The translations under genes and the position numbers were made by a program. 64,000 nt of DNA. Source: a virus. Under the pieces are notes generated by a model. It was not told the origin of the DNA. It saw only the letters and a program-made list of their open reading frames with translations, and searched no databases. The first letter of the stretch is position 1. Every line of letters begins with the position of its first letter. Below are positions 1 to 9,678 of this stretch, one piece after another. Where the stretch lies: positions 32,001-96,000 of IMG/VR virus record IMGVR_UViG_3300033153_016035; one strand, given 5' to 3'.

Positions 1-1938
1 AATTACCCATGAGAATGCGTCAGCTATAAGTCGTGGGAATGCTGTTATAAAGTTAAAAGCTGTAGAAAATACCGTTACAACTAGAGCAACGGCGGCGGCC
101 AAGACACTCAGATACCAACTGGCTATTTTTGCACCAAGAATCATAGACTTTATCATGATTGGGCCGAAAAGATATGTCAGGAAAAACCCCATCATTTGTA
201 CCATTAGTTTGATAATAGGCATAAGAGCCACCGCTAATTCACCTAAAGCTTTTACCATCTCTATAATTGCGGGCACCATCGGTGGCAATAATTGCTTAAC
301 CAAATCTATAAAAATGCCCACCATCAATCCCAGCACAATCATGTACACTGGAAGAAGCTCCTTTATTACTGTGAATATGGCCTCAATTAAGGGCTTCAAG
401 GCGGTTACAAGAGTAATTACAACGGGTATAAGCATATCAAAAAGCTTTATGAGCGTAGGCAATAACAACTTTACGAAGTCCATAACCATGTCGACAAGTA
501 CTTGAAAGAGCTGCATTAGCGATGGGAGCAGTGCTGTTAGTGTTTTACCAATAACCTGACCTATTATTTTACCTACTTTGGCCAGGACGGTCACCAGAGA
601 AGTAAGCATACCCTTAAAACCACTCCCTTCCGACATGAGCCCCTGAATTATCTTCAAGACATCTTTCAGGACAGAAGCAGACATATTTATAAGAGGCACA
701 AGTACGGTTTGTATTATGGGTACGAGTTCTATAATAATTTCATTTAAAACATTGGAAATTGGGGTCATGACAGCTATCAGGCTATCTTGAAGAATTTCCC
801 AGAAATCCCAGAAGTCGCCTAATACATTACTAACTATGGAAACAAGTGCCATAGCCCCGGTAATTTTAAAGGTAAATGAAGTCATCCTTTTTAGGGCCCG
901 CAGAGCTGTGGAAACGCCGGTTATCTTTCCGAGGAATTTGCCCGCGTTGGTTATATTTGTTTTGAGTTGGGCACCAAAGTTTTTTAAAGCTTTCCAACCA
1001 CCTTCTATTTTTAACTGGACGTCCTTTATGGTTTTTACAATCTTGGTGCCGTAGTCACTCACCTTATCATATGTATCTTTAATGGTCTGCGGGAGTCCCA
1101 GGGCTAAACTGGTGACCTTCATAACACCCGCTTCCGCTGCAAGCCAGGGGCCTTGAAGGGCTTTTGTAAGGGGAGATTGATTTTTAAAGAACTCTGATCG
1201 GATCTGGGCGTAACTATCTCGCAAAATCTTTGGAATCTCCGTTGCCAGTCCCAAAAATCCCTTTTGCTTTACCTCCTCGCCAAAACCCTTGAACGTGTCC
1301 ATGAGTCCTTGCACTTGCGTAGTCGCCCAACCCATAACACTTTCAGTATGTTTTTTTAGGAATTCTGACGAGGAGGTTGCTATACGCTCCACCACTTCCG
1401 TTACTTTTGGATAGGTTCTTTTTATGTCATCTACCAGCTCATTGGTCTTTATCTTGACGGAGTCAAACGCGGGCACAACCGCGTCGTAAAATGTGGTACC
1501 TAGCTGAGTAATCTCTTCCTTACTATCTGTAATAAACCCAGCCGTGACTTTAGATATATCAGAATAGGCACCCCCGAGTGCTTGACCCATCCCCTCAAAT
1601 TGATTTTTAACGGGGTCAAGTACATTTTCAGATAATTTACCAACCACCAAGTCCTTCTGTTTTGTCAGAAAGTCACCGGCGGTATTAGTCCATGATTTTA
1701 AACTAAGGGTAGTATCAGCCAAACCGGCGTCTACAGTCGCTTTGTACGACTGCATTGTGGTGTTAAAGCCTTCGAGTGTATTATTTATACTGGTTTTTAA
1801 ACCATCCAGAGACTTTTGTACACTTTCTGTTATGGCTTTCGCGGCCTGTTCAACACCACCGACTTCTTTTTCAAAGTCTTTTACACCGGCAGTCTTAAAC
1901 TGCATTTGTAGTGTATCTACTGTCGACGTGCCAGCCAA
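1..1938 (-). CDS. Tail tape measure protein, N-terminal part (continues beyond the left edge)
   Basis: Frame is open where spot-checked, from TTG at 1938 (GAGGG RBS upstream; LAGTSTVDTLQMQFKTAG...) to base 1 (...AFNFITAFPRLIADAFSWVI). Amphipathic helical composition; lies downstream of sheath-tube-chaperone genes. Absent from the ORF track because there is no stop in the window. Confidence 0.8.
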   Translation of the reverse strand, partial: MAGTSTVDTLQMQFKTAGVKDFEKEVGGVEQAAKAITESVQKSLDGLKTSINNTLEGFNTTMQSYKATVDAGLADTTLSLKSWTNTAGDFLTKQKDLVVGKLSENVLDPVKNQFEGMGQALGGAYSDISKVTAGFITDSKEEITQLGTTFYDAVVPAFDSVKIKTNELVDDIKRTYPKVTEVVERIATSSSEFLKKHTESVMGWATTQVQGLMDTFKGFGEEVKQKGFLGLATEIPKILRDSYAQIRSEFFKNQSPLTKALQGPWLAAEAGVMKVTSLALGLPQTIKDTYDKVSDYGTKIVKTIKDVQLKIEGGWKALKNFGAQLKTNITNAGKFLGKITGVSTALRALKRMTSFTFKITGAMALVSIVSNVLGDFWDFWEILQDSLIAVMTPISNVLNEIIIELVPIIQTVLVPLINMSASVLKDVLKIIQGLMSEGSGFKGMLTSLVTVLAKVGKIIGQVIGKTLTALLPSLMQLFQVLVDMVMDFVKLLLPTLIKLFDMLIPVVITLVTALKPLIEAIFTVIKELLPVYMIVLGLMVGIFIDLVKQLLPPMVPAIIEMVKALGELAVALMPIIKLMVQMMGFFLTYLFGPIMIKSMILGAKIASWYLSVLAAAVALVVTVFSTAFNFITAFPRLIADAFSWVI

Positions 1939-1948
1939 TTCACTACCC

Positions 1949-2170
1949 TCATTTCTTTGATCTTAGAGCACCAAGTTTGGACTGCATTTCCTGCTCTAGC
2001 CGCTCATGCTCTTTACGTAAGTTGTCCTGGTGTTTTCTAAACCTCTCGCAGAAATCATGTCTCTGCCAGTGAACCATTTGTCCCCATTCTTGGAACGTAC
2101 GTTTTGCGTACACCATCATATTAAAACGTTGTTCTCTTAGATCATCAAGTTTGGGAACTAAATGAACGAA
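1949..2170 (-). CDS. Small tail/baseplate assembly chaperone domain (T4 gp51-like position), possibly made by +1 frameshift from the upstream gene
   Basis: LREQRFNMMVYAKRTFQEWGQMVHWQRHDFCERF...; lies between chaperone and tape measure; no good RBS before its ATGs. Confidence 0.55.
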   Translation of the reverse strand, partial: FVHLVPKLDDLREQRFNMMVYAKRTFQEWGQMVHWQRHDFCERFRKHQDNLRKEHERLEQEMQSKLGALRSKK

Positions 2171-2921
2171 AGAAGTCGAGTGGAACCTGGGCTCTAAACA
2201 TGTTTCCGCAGGAGGGACATGAGAACTCAGGTCGTAGATTGAAACCAGTTTCCTTCGCATCTATGTGGTGGCGCATTACATGTAAATCCCGGGCAATGCA
2301 TTTTCTAACCCAGCGCATTCTGTCCAAATCAGACATATTAGAATTGCCGTCTATGCTGTGGATATGTGAAGCCAATGTGAATGTGTAAGTGGGATCGCCC
2401 ATTTTCATCTGTGCCTGCTTACGTTTGGCCTGCGCGGAGTACTCCTCAATCCTTTGGAGATCCCTAAGGCGTAGCAGTCTAAACTCCACACGCTGTTTAC
2501 AAAGAGGCAGTTCTTCGATCACAAAAGGCTCTTTATACCCCTCCTCCCCTTCCTCAAAACTGTCTGCGGTGACGCATTCCAATTGGGATAAGTTCTTTGT
2601 TTCTTGAAGTACAAAGGAACACGCCGGGCATGGTGGAGTTAAAGTGAGGTCTGGAGAATATGAGGCGGCCATAATATTAAAAGTTATCGCCACCCAATCC
2701 GATACCAATAGTTCGGGGAAGGGAAACCCCTCGGGCAGTACTGAGAGCTGTTTGGTTACTTCCCGGAGCATGATGGCGGCATTTACCCCCTGTCCTGCTC
2801 CGGCAAGAAGCTCTTCTTGCTCCCCCCGGATAGGGGTTATTTGAATATCCCCATTGGGAATAGGGACTTTGTACAGTCTACCTAAAGACGGTAAACGACA
2901 AGGAATTGTAATCTCTGGCAT
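2145..2921 (-). CDS. Baseplate hub / tail assembly chaperone (T4 gp26-like)
   Basis: LPSLGRLY start, two CPxC motifs, FRLLR, C-terminal VPLDFF; located between tube and tape measure. Confidence 0.7.
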   Translation of the reverse strand: MPEITIPCRLPSLGRLYKVPIPNGDIQITPIRGEQEELLAGAGQGVNAAIMLREVTKQLSVLPEGFPFPELLVSDWVAITFNIMAASYSPDLTLTPPCPACSFVLQETKNLSQLECVTADSFEEGEEGYKEPFVIEELPLCKQRVEFRLLRLRDLQRIEEYSAQAKRKQAQMKMGDPTYTFTLASHIHSIDGNSNMSDLDRMRWVRKCIARDLHVMRHHIDAKETGFNLRPEFSCPSCGNMFRAQVPLDFFRSFSSQT

Positions 2922-2950
2922 AGTTTAACACCTTCCATATTTACACCTGT

Positions 2951-3514
2951 TTATAAAATAAGCCGTGCGGCCGACAAAGACCCTAGGGATTCGTCTTCAA
3001 TAGTGTCACAAGAAAAGCCTATCGACATGTCAATAAAACCGCCACTACCGAAATCTATCGGTGGAATAGATGGATCTTCGGTTGGCCATAGCCCCGTCAA
3101 AAAGTACGTGGCGCGGGTTACCCCGTCCTGACCAAAAAGCACCATATGTGCATCAGCCTTTATTTGACTTGCTAGATGACTTAAACCGGTTCTTTCGTCA
3201 AAGACCAGATCAAACCATTGGTGCAGTATTTCACGCTGCCGCCCGTTGATGTAGTCCTGAAAGACACACGTAAGATCGTCGGTGGGGGATACCTGCGTTG
3301 GGTGGTTGATTGCACCATTTAGATATCTAATTGTGTCTTTCCCCATTGTCCGGCCTTTCGGCATTGTAAAGCTTTTTAAACCTAGCATTAAAATGTCACG
3401 ACCACCAGGAACTAACTCCTCTATATGGAATTCAATCATTCCGCAGTGTGATAACTGCGGATCCAGATTTGCCCTGGAAAGCCTTGAGGCTGTGAAATCG
3501 TAAGGAAGTACCAT
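2951..3514 (-). CDS. Tail tube protein (T4 gp19-like)
   Basis: 187 aa directly after the sheath; QWFDLVFD...TG and LTGLWPT motifs typical of gp19-type tubes. Confidence 0.8.
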   Translation of the reverse strand: MVLPYDFTASRLSRANLDPQLSHCGMIEFHIEELVPGGRDILMLGLKSFTMPKGRTMGKDTIRYLNGAINHPTQVSPTDDLTCVFQDYINGRQREILHQWFDLVFDERTGLSHLASQIKADAHMVLFGQDGVTRATYFLTGLWPTEDPSIPPIDFGSGGFIDMSIGFSCDTIEDESLGSLSAARLIL

Positions 3515-3530
3515 TTTAAACTCCTGTGTT

Positions 3531-6518
3531 TTAACCTAAGGGCGCGACTTCGTCAAACGACGCTGTCGTCGGAGTGAAGATCATTTGGAATTCAATCTCC
3601 TCTGCAACTTCCACAAATTTGATAAACAATTTGGCGACAACCTTCTTACTGGAAATCACCGCCGGGGTGTTGGTTGTGGCATCGCAGACGATTCTGTAGT
3701 CTGTGATGCCTCTTTTAGCTTTAATGGGGTTGAGGGTGGAGTTGAGCATAGCCCGAATTTCACGCCACAGAATTTCGTCATTTTGTTCGTGGGGATAAGT
3801 TCTACCTCGAAGCAGAATCGTATTGGCTATAAGATTCGCTGTCCACCGCACATGCAGTCTATCGGTTGCCTTGGGATCTCTAGCCATAGTTCTTTGACCG
3901 TAAAGGAATATCCCCTGTCCTACAAAGTCCACAAAGGGGTTTAAAACCTCTATTCGAGTCCCAGACCTGCCGTACGTTGCAGCTCTTTCTCCTACATCGG
4001 GGGAATGGCGGACACTACTAAGATTACTGAGTTGCCCTCTTCGGATGCCGGCGATGGGGAACCACGGCTCGTACTCGTTGTCAATCTTCCCTATAAGTCC
4101 TAAAATGTCCCCTTCTCCTGGTTCCCACACCTCTTCTCCGGAGTATGCATCTTCATATAAAAGCCAGGAGAAGCTACAAAACGCCGAGGAAGAATCCACG
4201 GCAGACAAGAATGGGTAGGGGATATGGGGTTTTGGACGGGGTAGTGCTCCCGGACTTGGCGCGTTATACTCACCATTGACGAAGTCGCGGGCATCATATG
4301 TACTTTCAAAATCGGGGACCGACAGAATCCACACACACCGGCGCCCCTCACAAAGGGATATCCCGGCGTTTTGTACCTGTCGGTGGTACATTCCGGGGGC
4401 ACTAAGAAAGTGCAAAGGGATAAGTTCCGAATTGGAAAACAGTTGCATCCCGGAGTAGGTTGGTCCCACATGAGCACCAATGACATCTGCCGTAGTGAAA
4501 GCCCCAGCCATACCAATCTTTTGTCCATTGCCGGTGTCATAGGCTGTGTTTATCTCACCGTGGTACCCGGTTTCCTCCACGTGAACATATTCTGAACCAT
4601 TATCCGTATCATTTACAGTGGATAACAATTCGGCTACAGTACGGAGATTGTCAAAAGTCTCCACTGCCAACGATCCGACGCCACTGCCATCATTAAACAT
4701 AACCCTTACTCGGTACCATTGATCCCCAAGGTTTACAACGGGGGTATTTGGGCTTTTGTCCACCCACACGAAAATACCATCCGCGATGGGGTCTGATTCG
4801 TTACCGGTCGGCCCAGCGTAGATCGACGCAAAATGTAAAAGTATACTGTGGTACTCCGCTCTTACAGGAAAACCCATCGCCGGGGCCCCGATAAAAGTTA
4901 CAGAGTATTCCCCCGTCACATAATCTATAGTGCCAGAGCCTCCCGCACCAGAGATGCCGCCAATCCCATCGTCAACAAGGGGGGCGGTTGGGGATGTGGC
5001 ATAGTAAATCTCAACCGACCCGGGCTTGATCGGGTATTCCTGGAGAGTTCCCTCGAAGGTCACCTCTATAGCGTCACCATAATCTAAAACCGTAGCATGT
5101 TTAAAGAAGGCGTCAAAAGCACCACCATCTTCATTTTTCGGGATGTAATTTCCGGCTGGGATAAAAGTATGGATGAGGGTCCAAGCGCCGGTCTTATACT
5201 GGATAGTTCCTGCCACATTTGCTCCCGCTAGAATACCAGCCCCATTATCCACAACGTAAACCCGATATTTTATCATTATCGGTTCGCCGTTCTTGACGTC
5301 GGATGAAAATTGAAAATTCAGCACGCCGGTGGCATAGGTGATCGTTCCGGGAACAACAAGATTCCCGGTGAGTGCCCCCGACCCGTCATCAACGGCGGAC
5401 ATCTCATTGCCCAAGATATCCTTTGTGGTGATCTCTACGGAACCCTGAACCACGTCCGCTCCTATAGTGGGATTATAGGTATCGGTGGCACCATCCCCTA
5501 AATCTACCTGATCGTCTCTAGGATCAAATATCATAAGACTGCCGGGGGCTACGCCGTTTCTTGATACATTACCGCTATAGTTAGTCTCGTACTGTGAGGC
5601 AGTTTTAAGTACTTCGTAGGTGGCCCTTTGATAATTCACAGTTACTGCCGCAATGGGAACCACATTGAAGGCTACCGACCAGGCCCCAGTTTGGTAATTT
5701 ATAACACCAGAACCCCCACCGCCTCCGGTGAGTGTCCCGTCCTTATTGTCCGTAAAGGTTTCAACGCCGTCGGTTATTGAAATGGAGCCCGGTACTATGG
5801 GTCTATCCTCATTTCCACTGTAATTTGCGGTGGTGTTAACCGCCATCATGTAATTCCAGACACTCGCGGCCGACACTCCGCCGGTGGTCGACTCTGGGGA
5901 CTTAGATGATGCAAAAGAGCCATCATCACCAGAAGCCAAAGACATGGGCACTAAAACTTCCGTCTCAGAATCTAATGTCTCATTTGGAAAAACTAATCCG
6001 GCGTCCCGGTGAAGGGCTACCTGTATGTAAGTTGATTCCCTATTTACCTCTGTTTCCACTGTTCCGTTGGTAAGGTTATCAAACCTTTCCACAATTTGGT
6101 CCATAAAATAGACCATAATGTTGTATGAGCTGGCGGGATCGCCGTTATGTGTTATGTTAATTTTTACCGTACCGTTTGCCCACGTACCGGCCGATATGCC
6201 TTCGATACGAATGATGGGTATGTCGATGCCGCCAACACTCTTCCACTGCTCAACAAACGCTGTCTTTAGTAGGGTTCCCGCTACCCTTACAAATTTCAAC
6301 TGGTTGCCAAACCGCAGATAGCGGATAGCGCCCCTTACCGCATATTGGTAGTTTACAGGGCGACCGTGTGCGGAGACAAAATTACCTTCGTCTGTAAACT
6401 CCCCCAATGCGTTAATCGGACCTTTCGTTGCAGGGCCTATAACCCCTACGATTGCCCGGCTTCCTGCCGGTGTATACGCTGCAAGATCAAATTCTTTAAT
6501 ACTGATTCCTGGAGGCAT
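3531..6518 (-). CDS. Contractile tail sheath protein (T4 gp18-like) with inserted beta-modules
   Basis: N-terminal PGISIKEFDL...GPATKGPIN; C-terminal PWFPIAGIRRG, YGQRT, DRLHVR, CDATTNTP, AEEIEF. Confidence 0.95.
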   Translation of the reverse strand: MPPGISIKEFDLAAYTPAGSRAIVGVIGPATKGPINALGEFTDEGNFVSAHGRPVNYQYAVRGAIRYLRFGNQLKFVRVAGTLLKTAFVEQWKSVGGIDIPIIRIEGISAGTWANGTVKINITHNGDPASSYNIMVYFMDQIVERFDNLTNGTVETEVNRESTYIQVALHRDAGLVFPNETLDSETEVLVPMSLASGDDGSFASSKSPESTTGGVSAASVWNYMMAVNTTANYSGNEDRPIVPGSISITDGVETFTDNKDGTLTGGGGGSGVINYQTGAWSVAFNVVPIAAVTVNYQRATYEVLKTASQYETNYSGNVSRNGVAPGSLMIFDPRDDQVDLGDGATDTYNPTIGADVVQGSVEITTKDILGNEMSAVDDGSGALTGNLVVPGTITYATGVLNFQFSSDVKNGEPIMIKYRVYVVDNGAGILAGANVAGTIQYKTGAWTLIHTFIPAGNYIPKNEDGGAFDAFFKHATVLDYGDAIEVTFEGTLQEYPIKPGSVEIYYATSPTAPLVDDGIGGISGAGGSGTIDYVTGEYSVTFIGAPAMGFPVRAEYHSILLHFASIYAGPTGNESDPIADGIFVWVDKSPNTPVVNLGDQWYRVRVMFNDGSGVGSLAVETFDNLRTVAELLSTVNDTDNGSEYVHVEETGYHGEINTAYDTGNGQKIGMAGAFTTADVIGAHVGPTYSGMQLFSNSELIPLHFLSAPGMYHRQVQNAGISLCEGRRCVWILSVPDFESTYDARDFVNGEYNAPSPGALPRPKPHIPYPFLSAVDSSSAFCSFSWLLYEDAYSGEEVWEPGEGDILGLIGKIDNEYEPWFPIAGIRRGQLSNLSSVRHSPDVGERAATYGRSGTRIEVLNPFVDFVGQGIFLYGQRTMARDPKATDRLHVRWTANLIANTILLRGRTYPHEQNDEILWREIRAMLNSTLNPIKAKRGITDYRIVCDATTNTPAVISSKKVVAKLFIKFVEVAEEIEFQMIFTPTTASFDEVAPLG

Positions 6519-7222
6519 TATACTTGCTCCTCATCATAAACTACTTCTTGAATTGGTTGTCCATTTTCGTCGCACACAAGATATTCCAATGTGTAAACTA
6601 GAGGTACGGCGTAAGGTTGGAATGGGATCCAACCAAATAAGTCCCCTGTGGCCGTCAAACGAATTGTTCGTCCCGCAAGGCCCCCGTCTTCTAGGGTGGA
6701 ATTGTCTGTTAGACTATCGAGTGTAATACGGAGGTACTGCTTACCTAAAACTTTTGCAAAGGCAAAAGGCTCATTCGGCGACTTATACCACTTTGTATCG
6801 CCGTAGTCTATTGGGATTACCCCATGCCCCTGCGGGAAAAGTGTATGAAACTGATATTCTATAAAGTCCCGTTGGGTTACATTCTTCACGTAAATATTTA
6901 CATCTATCCCGGCCTTTACCGCTTTAGGTTTACGCATGGAAAACCCATAGCCGTGCTCAATGTCTTTAGCAAACCGATACGTCGCCGGGCTTTGCAGCTC
7001 TGCTACCGGTGCAAACGGATCACGCCACACGGCTATATACGGGTACGGGGTGGTTTGCTCACCAGAAGCTTTACTGACTTTAATTCCGCGTTGCTTTTCC
7101 AACCATTCTTTTATATGTGCATGAGCACGACTGGGCCCGGAATTGACGACTGGAACTGGTCTGCCACCCCATCTGATCTGGGAGAAAAAACGTAGTAAAG
7201 CTTCTGTATATATTGTGAGCAT
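6518..7222 (-). CDS. Putative tail completion / sheath terminator protein (gp15-like)
   Basis: Immediately upstream of the sheath; PYPYIAVWR motif; size typical. Confidence 0.55.
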   Translation of the reverse strand: MLTIYTEALLRFFSQIRWGGRPVPVVNSGPSRAHAHIKEWLEKQRGIKVSKASGEQTTPYPYIAVWRDPFAPVAELQSPATYRFAKDIEHGYGFSMRKPKAVKAGIDVNIYVKNVTQRDFIEYQFHTLFPQGHGVIPIDYGDTKWYKSPNEPFAFAKVLGKQYLRITLDSLTDNSTLEDGGLAGRTIRLTATGDLFGWIPFQPYAVPLVYTLEYLVCDENGQPIQEVVYDEEQV

Positions 7223-7236
7223 AGCTTCCTCAAATC

Positions 7237-8424
7237 TTAGTCGAACACTACCAGTAGATCGACGGCAATGTTTTCTTCGTTACTGGCGTGGTCCGTAGCC
7301 CATGAGGCATCTGAGATACCTTGACAACCGAGTTTCTTGCCTGCAACAAAAGTGGCATTTGCCGTTCCCGGGGCCACGGTGGAATATTCATCGTTGACAT
7401 CCCCCGCGTCCAACTTTTCCAGGAGTCCGGCTGCGGTAATGGCCACACCGTCTATCGTAGGCTTGAAATCAGCCTCCCCGCCACTACGGTCGTCCGAACT
7501 TACAACTGATATTCCTACTATGGATCCGGCCTTCGGCATTAAGTTGTATAGGGCAACATCGCCCTCAGCAAACATGTTTCTGGTTTGCGATTGACCCAAA
7601 CCATTACGGTATGTGAAAGAGTACTTGACCGGAACTTTCTGACGGTCGGTTTCCGTAATGACCTTGTTGGACGCAGAGATGGCGGTGGCGCCGTTGATCC
7701 CGGCATACTGATCCGAGGAAATGTGATACCCGGCGGCACTTCCCAGAACCCCAGAAAGGGAGTTGTGGTCTGACAAGGAGTCAAATTTAACCCAGGTGGT
7801 GGTGGTGGCGTTGTAGGTTCTCCGGATTCCGGCCGAGCCTTCATCCTCAAAAAGAGCTGCGTACCCGGCGTTGGGTGTTGTGGATGCGAAGGCCGCTCCA
7901 TCATACTCATAAATTTTATTGTCTTTTGTGTGATTTCCGCTATCACCTGAGTCGTCATCCCCTGTCGTGAAATGGCAAAAGCGGTCCCCACTTGAAACGG
8001 CGGCCCCGGCGTCCCAAGAAAGGGCCGACTCTTCGTAGAGTTTTGCCTCATTTGTGTTAAGGCATTTCTCTCCAGCGATGGGGGTACCAGAAGGGGCCCC
8101 GGCGTCGGTTTTGACATAGTCAATCCCGTGGTCAATACTGTCCTGCCAGTCCAGGGCATCCTTTTTATCTTGATAGTAGCTTTCGGTGATGTAAGTATCG
8201 GAAGCCGAGGGGGTATACCCTCCAGGACCGGCAAGTGCTGCATTTTCATCTGTTGTAGGAACTCGGGCATCCTGGTCGGTGACGAATTTGTTACCGGATC
8301 CGGGGGTGCCTGAGGAACCTACAAGAGCATCTTTTTCTGTGGTGGAGGGGAGGAACGCCTCATCAAACTTTATTGAACTTCCGAATCCACCGCTTTGGAC
8401 GGTTACGAATGTTTTATCTGCCAT
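7237..8424 (-). CDS. Virion fibre/appendage protein
   Basis: Shares the DAL-G--G-P---N-FVTD-D-R-P repeat with 9679..12129; LDWQDSI motif; C-terminal beta domain shared with 8436..9425. Confidence 0.55.
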   Translation of the reverse strand: MADKTFVTVQSGGFGSSIKFDEAFLPSTTEKDALVGSSGTPGSGNKFVTDQDARVPTTDENAALAGPGGYTPSASDTYITESYYQDKKDALDWQDSIDHGIDYVKTDAGAPSGTPIAGEKCLNTNEAKLYEESALSWDAGAAVSSGDRFCHFTTGDDDSGDSGNHTKDNKIYEYDGAAFASTTPNAGYAALFEDEGSAGIRRTYNATTTTWVKFDSLSDHNSLSGVLGSAAGYHISSDQYAGINGATAISASNKVITETDRQKVPVKYSFTYRNGLGQSQTRNMFAEGDVALYNLMPKAGSIVGISVVSSDDRSGGEADFKPTIDGVAITAAGLLEKLDAGDVNDEYSTVAPGTANATFVAGKKLGCQGISDASWATDHASNEENIAVDLLVVFD

Positions 8425-8435
8425 AGAGAAATCTC

Positions 8436-9425
8436 CTATGCTGTATACATTATATTAAGATGGTGCATGACATTTATACCTGTTGCCGGTAGTAACGGCG
8501 CATCGGATACAAGCTGCACACCAACAAGGTCGCCTGCATTAACAAGAAAGGCAGGATCTTTATTTACATTTTTGTAGTGGTTCGTTGGGTTTGACGCATC
8601 AATAGTTAAAGTAAGACGGGGATCTGCTATAGGTACACTATTTATTGTTGGCGTTAAAATGATAGATCCCGCTGCGCGTGTTGGGGCTACTGCCGCCGAG
8701 TGTAGTCTCAAATACCCGGCTTTCGCTGCGTAATATCCTGGTATCGTGGTAAACACCGCATTAGACGCGGCCACAGTACTGGGTGACAATAACATGTAGA
8801 AAAACTCTAAGGTGTCGTAAGACTCCAGGGCTTCCAACGCTATCGGGTGCATTACATGAACCGTAGCTTTTAATGTTACTTCCGTAGGAGCCGAAGCTAC
8901 CTGCCCCACAACCTGCAACCCTACAAAGTCTCCAGTACTCAAAGCAAACGACGGATGTTCTGGTACCACAATACGCTTGTTAAAAACTGGGTGACTGGGA
9001 TCGACAAGTACATCCAAATCGCCCGCCGGGGAGGGGGTTCCATTTATAACCGGTTTTACAGTTACCCCACCGCTGGCCAGGGGGAGTGAAGCCGTCACCT
9101 CCACCATTATAATTTGACCAGATATAGGAGAGACAATTTTGTCCGATATCCCCGTTCGTTCCCGAATAGTTTGTGGGGCTATACTTGTTGTCTGAAGGTT
9201 GTAATATGTGTAGTCGTACGTGGATACTAAGTAAGCGAGGGTGCCCCCAAATTTTTGCCACCCGGAGTCTGCGCCGTAGTATAAGCCAAAATCTGGTCCT
9301 ATCGTGGTCACATAAATTAAACGCCCGTTATCCTCTGGGAGAAACGACGGCAGCGCCGTCAAGTGTTCAACCACAAAGTTACGAGCCTGATTTAACTGAA
9401 AATCTGCATGACCAGTAAGTTTCAT
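8436..9425 (-). CDS. Virion structural protein with two tandem beta domains
   Basis: Internal duplication (SGQIIMV..GGVTVKPVING / AGYLRLH..GSIILTPTINS); within the structural operon. Confidence 0.5.
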   Translation of the reverse strand: MKLTGHADFQLNQARNFVVEHLTALPSFLPEDNGRLIYVTTIGPDFGLYYGADSGWQKFGGTLAYLVSTYDYTYYNLQTTSIAPQTIRERTGISDKIVSPISGQIIMVEVTASLPLASGGVTVKPVINGTPSPAGDLDVLVDPSHPVFNKRIVVPEHPSFALSTGDFVGLQVVGQVASAPTEVTLKATVHVMHPIALEALESYDTLEFFYMLLSPSTVAASNAVFTTIPGYYAAKAGYLRLHSAAVAPTRAAGSIILTPTINSVPIADPRLTLTIDASNPTNHYKNVNKDPAFLVNAGDLVGVQLVSDAPLLPATGINVMHHLNIMYTA

Positions 9426-9434
9426 AAAGAATTC

Positions 9435-9677
9435 CTATGGAGGAGTCTGTTGAAACTCTTCCGTCGAAGAATTCCAATAGTACTCAGTCTCTGTAAACTT
9501 CGGATTAAACATATATCTGTGGTCCAGGGTGAGTAACTCTTCGTCCGCCGTCACTTCCATAATGTGAACCGCTGCTCGTAATAGTAAATTAACTGGTAAC
9601 GATGCCTCCACCTTGGTTGCCGGGTGGAAGGCCGTATGGACATTTTTGACAATTACATAATAATAATAATAATTCAT
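9435..9677 (-). CDS. Hypothetical protein (possible fibre chaperone)
   Basis: 80-aa ORF tightly packed after the fibre gene. Confidence 0.5.
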   Translation of the reverse strand: MNYYYYYVIVKNVHTAFHPATKVEASLPVNLLLRAAVHIMEVTADEELLTLDHRYMFNPKFTETEYYWNSSTEEFQQTPP

Positions 9678-9678
9678 G

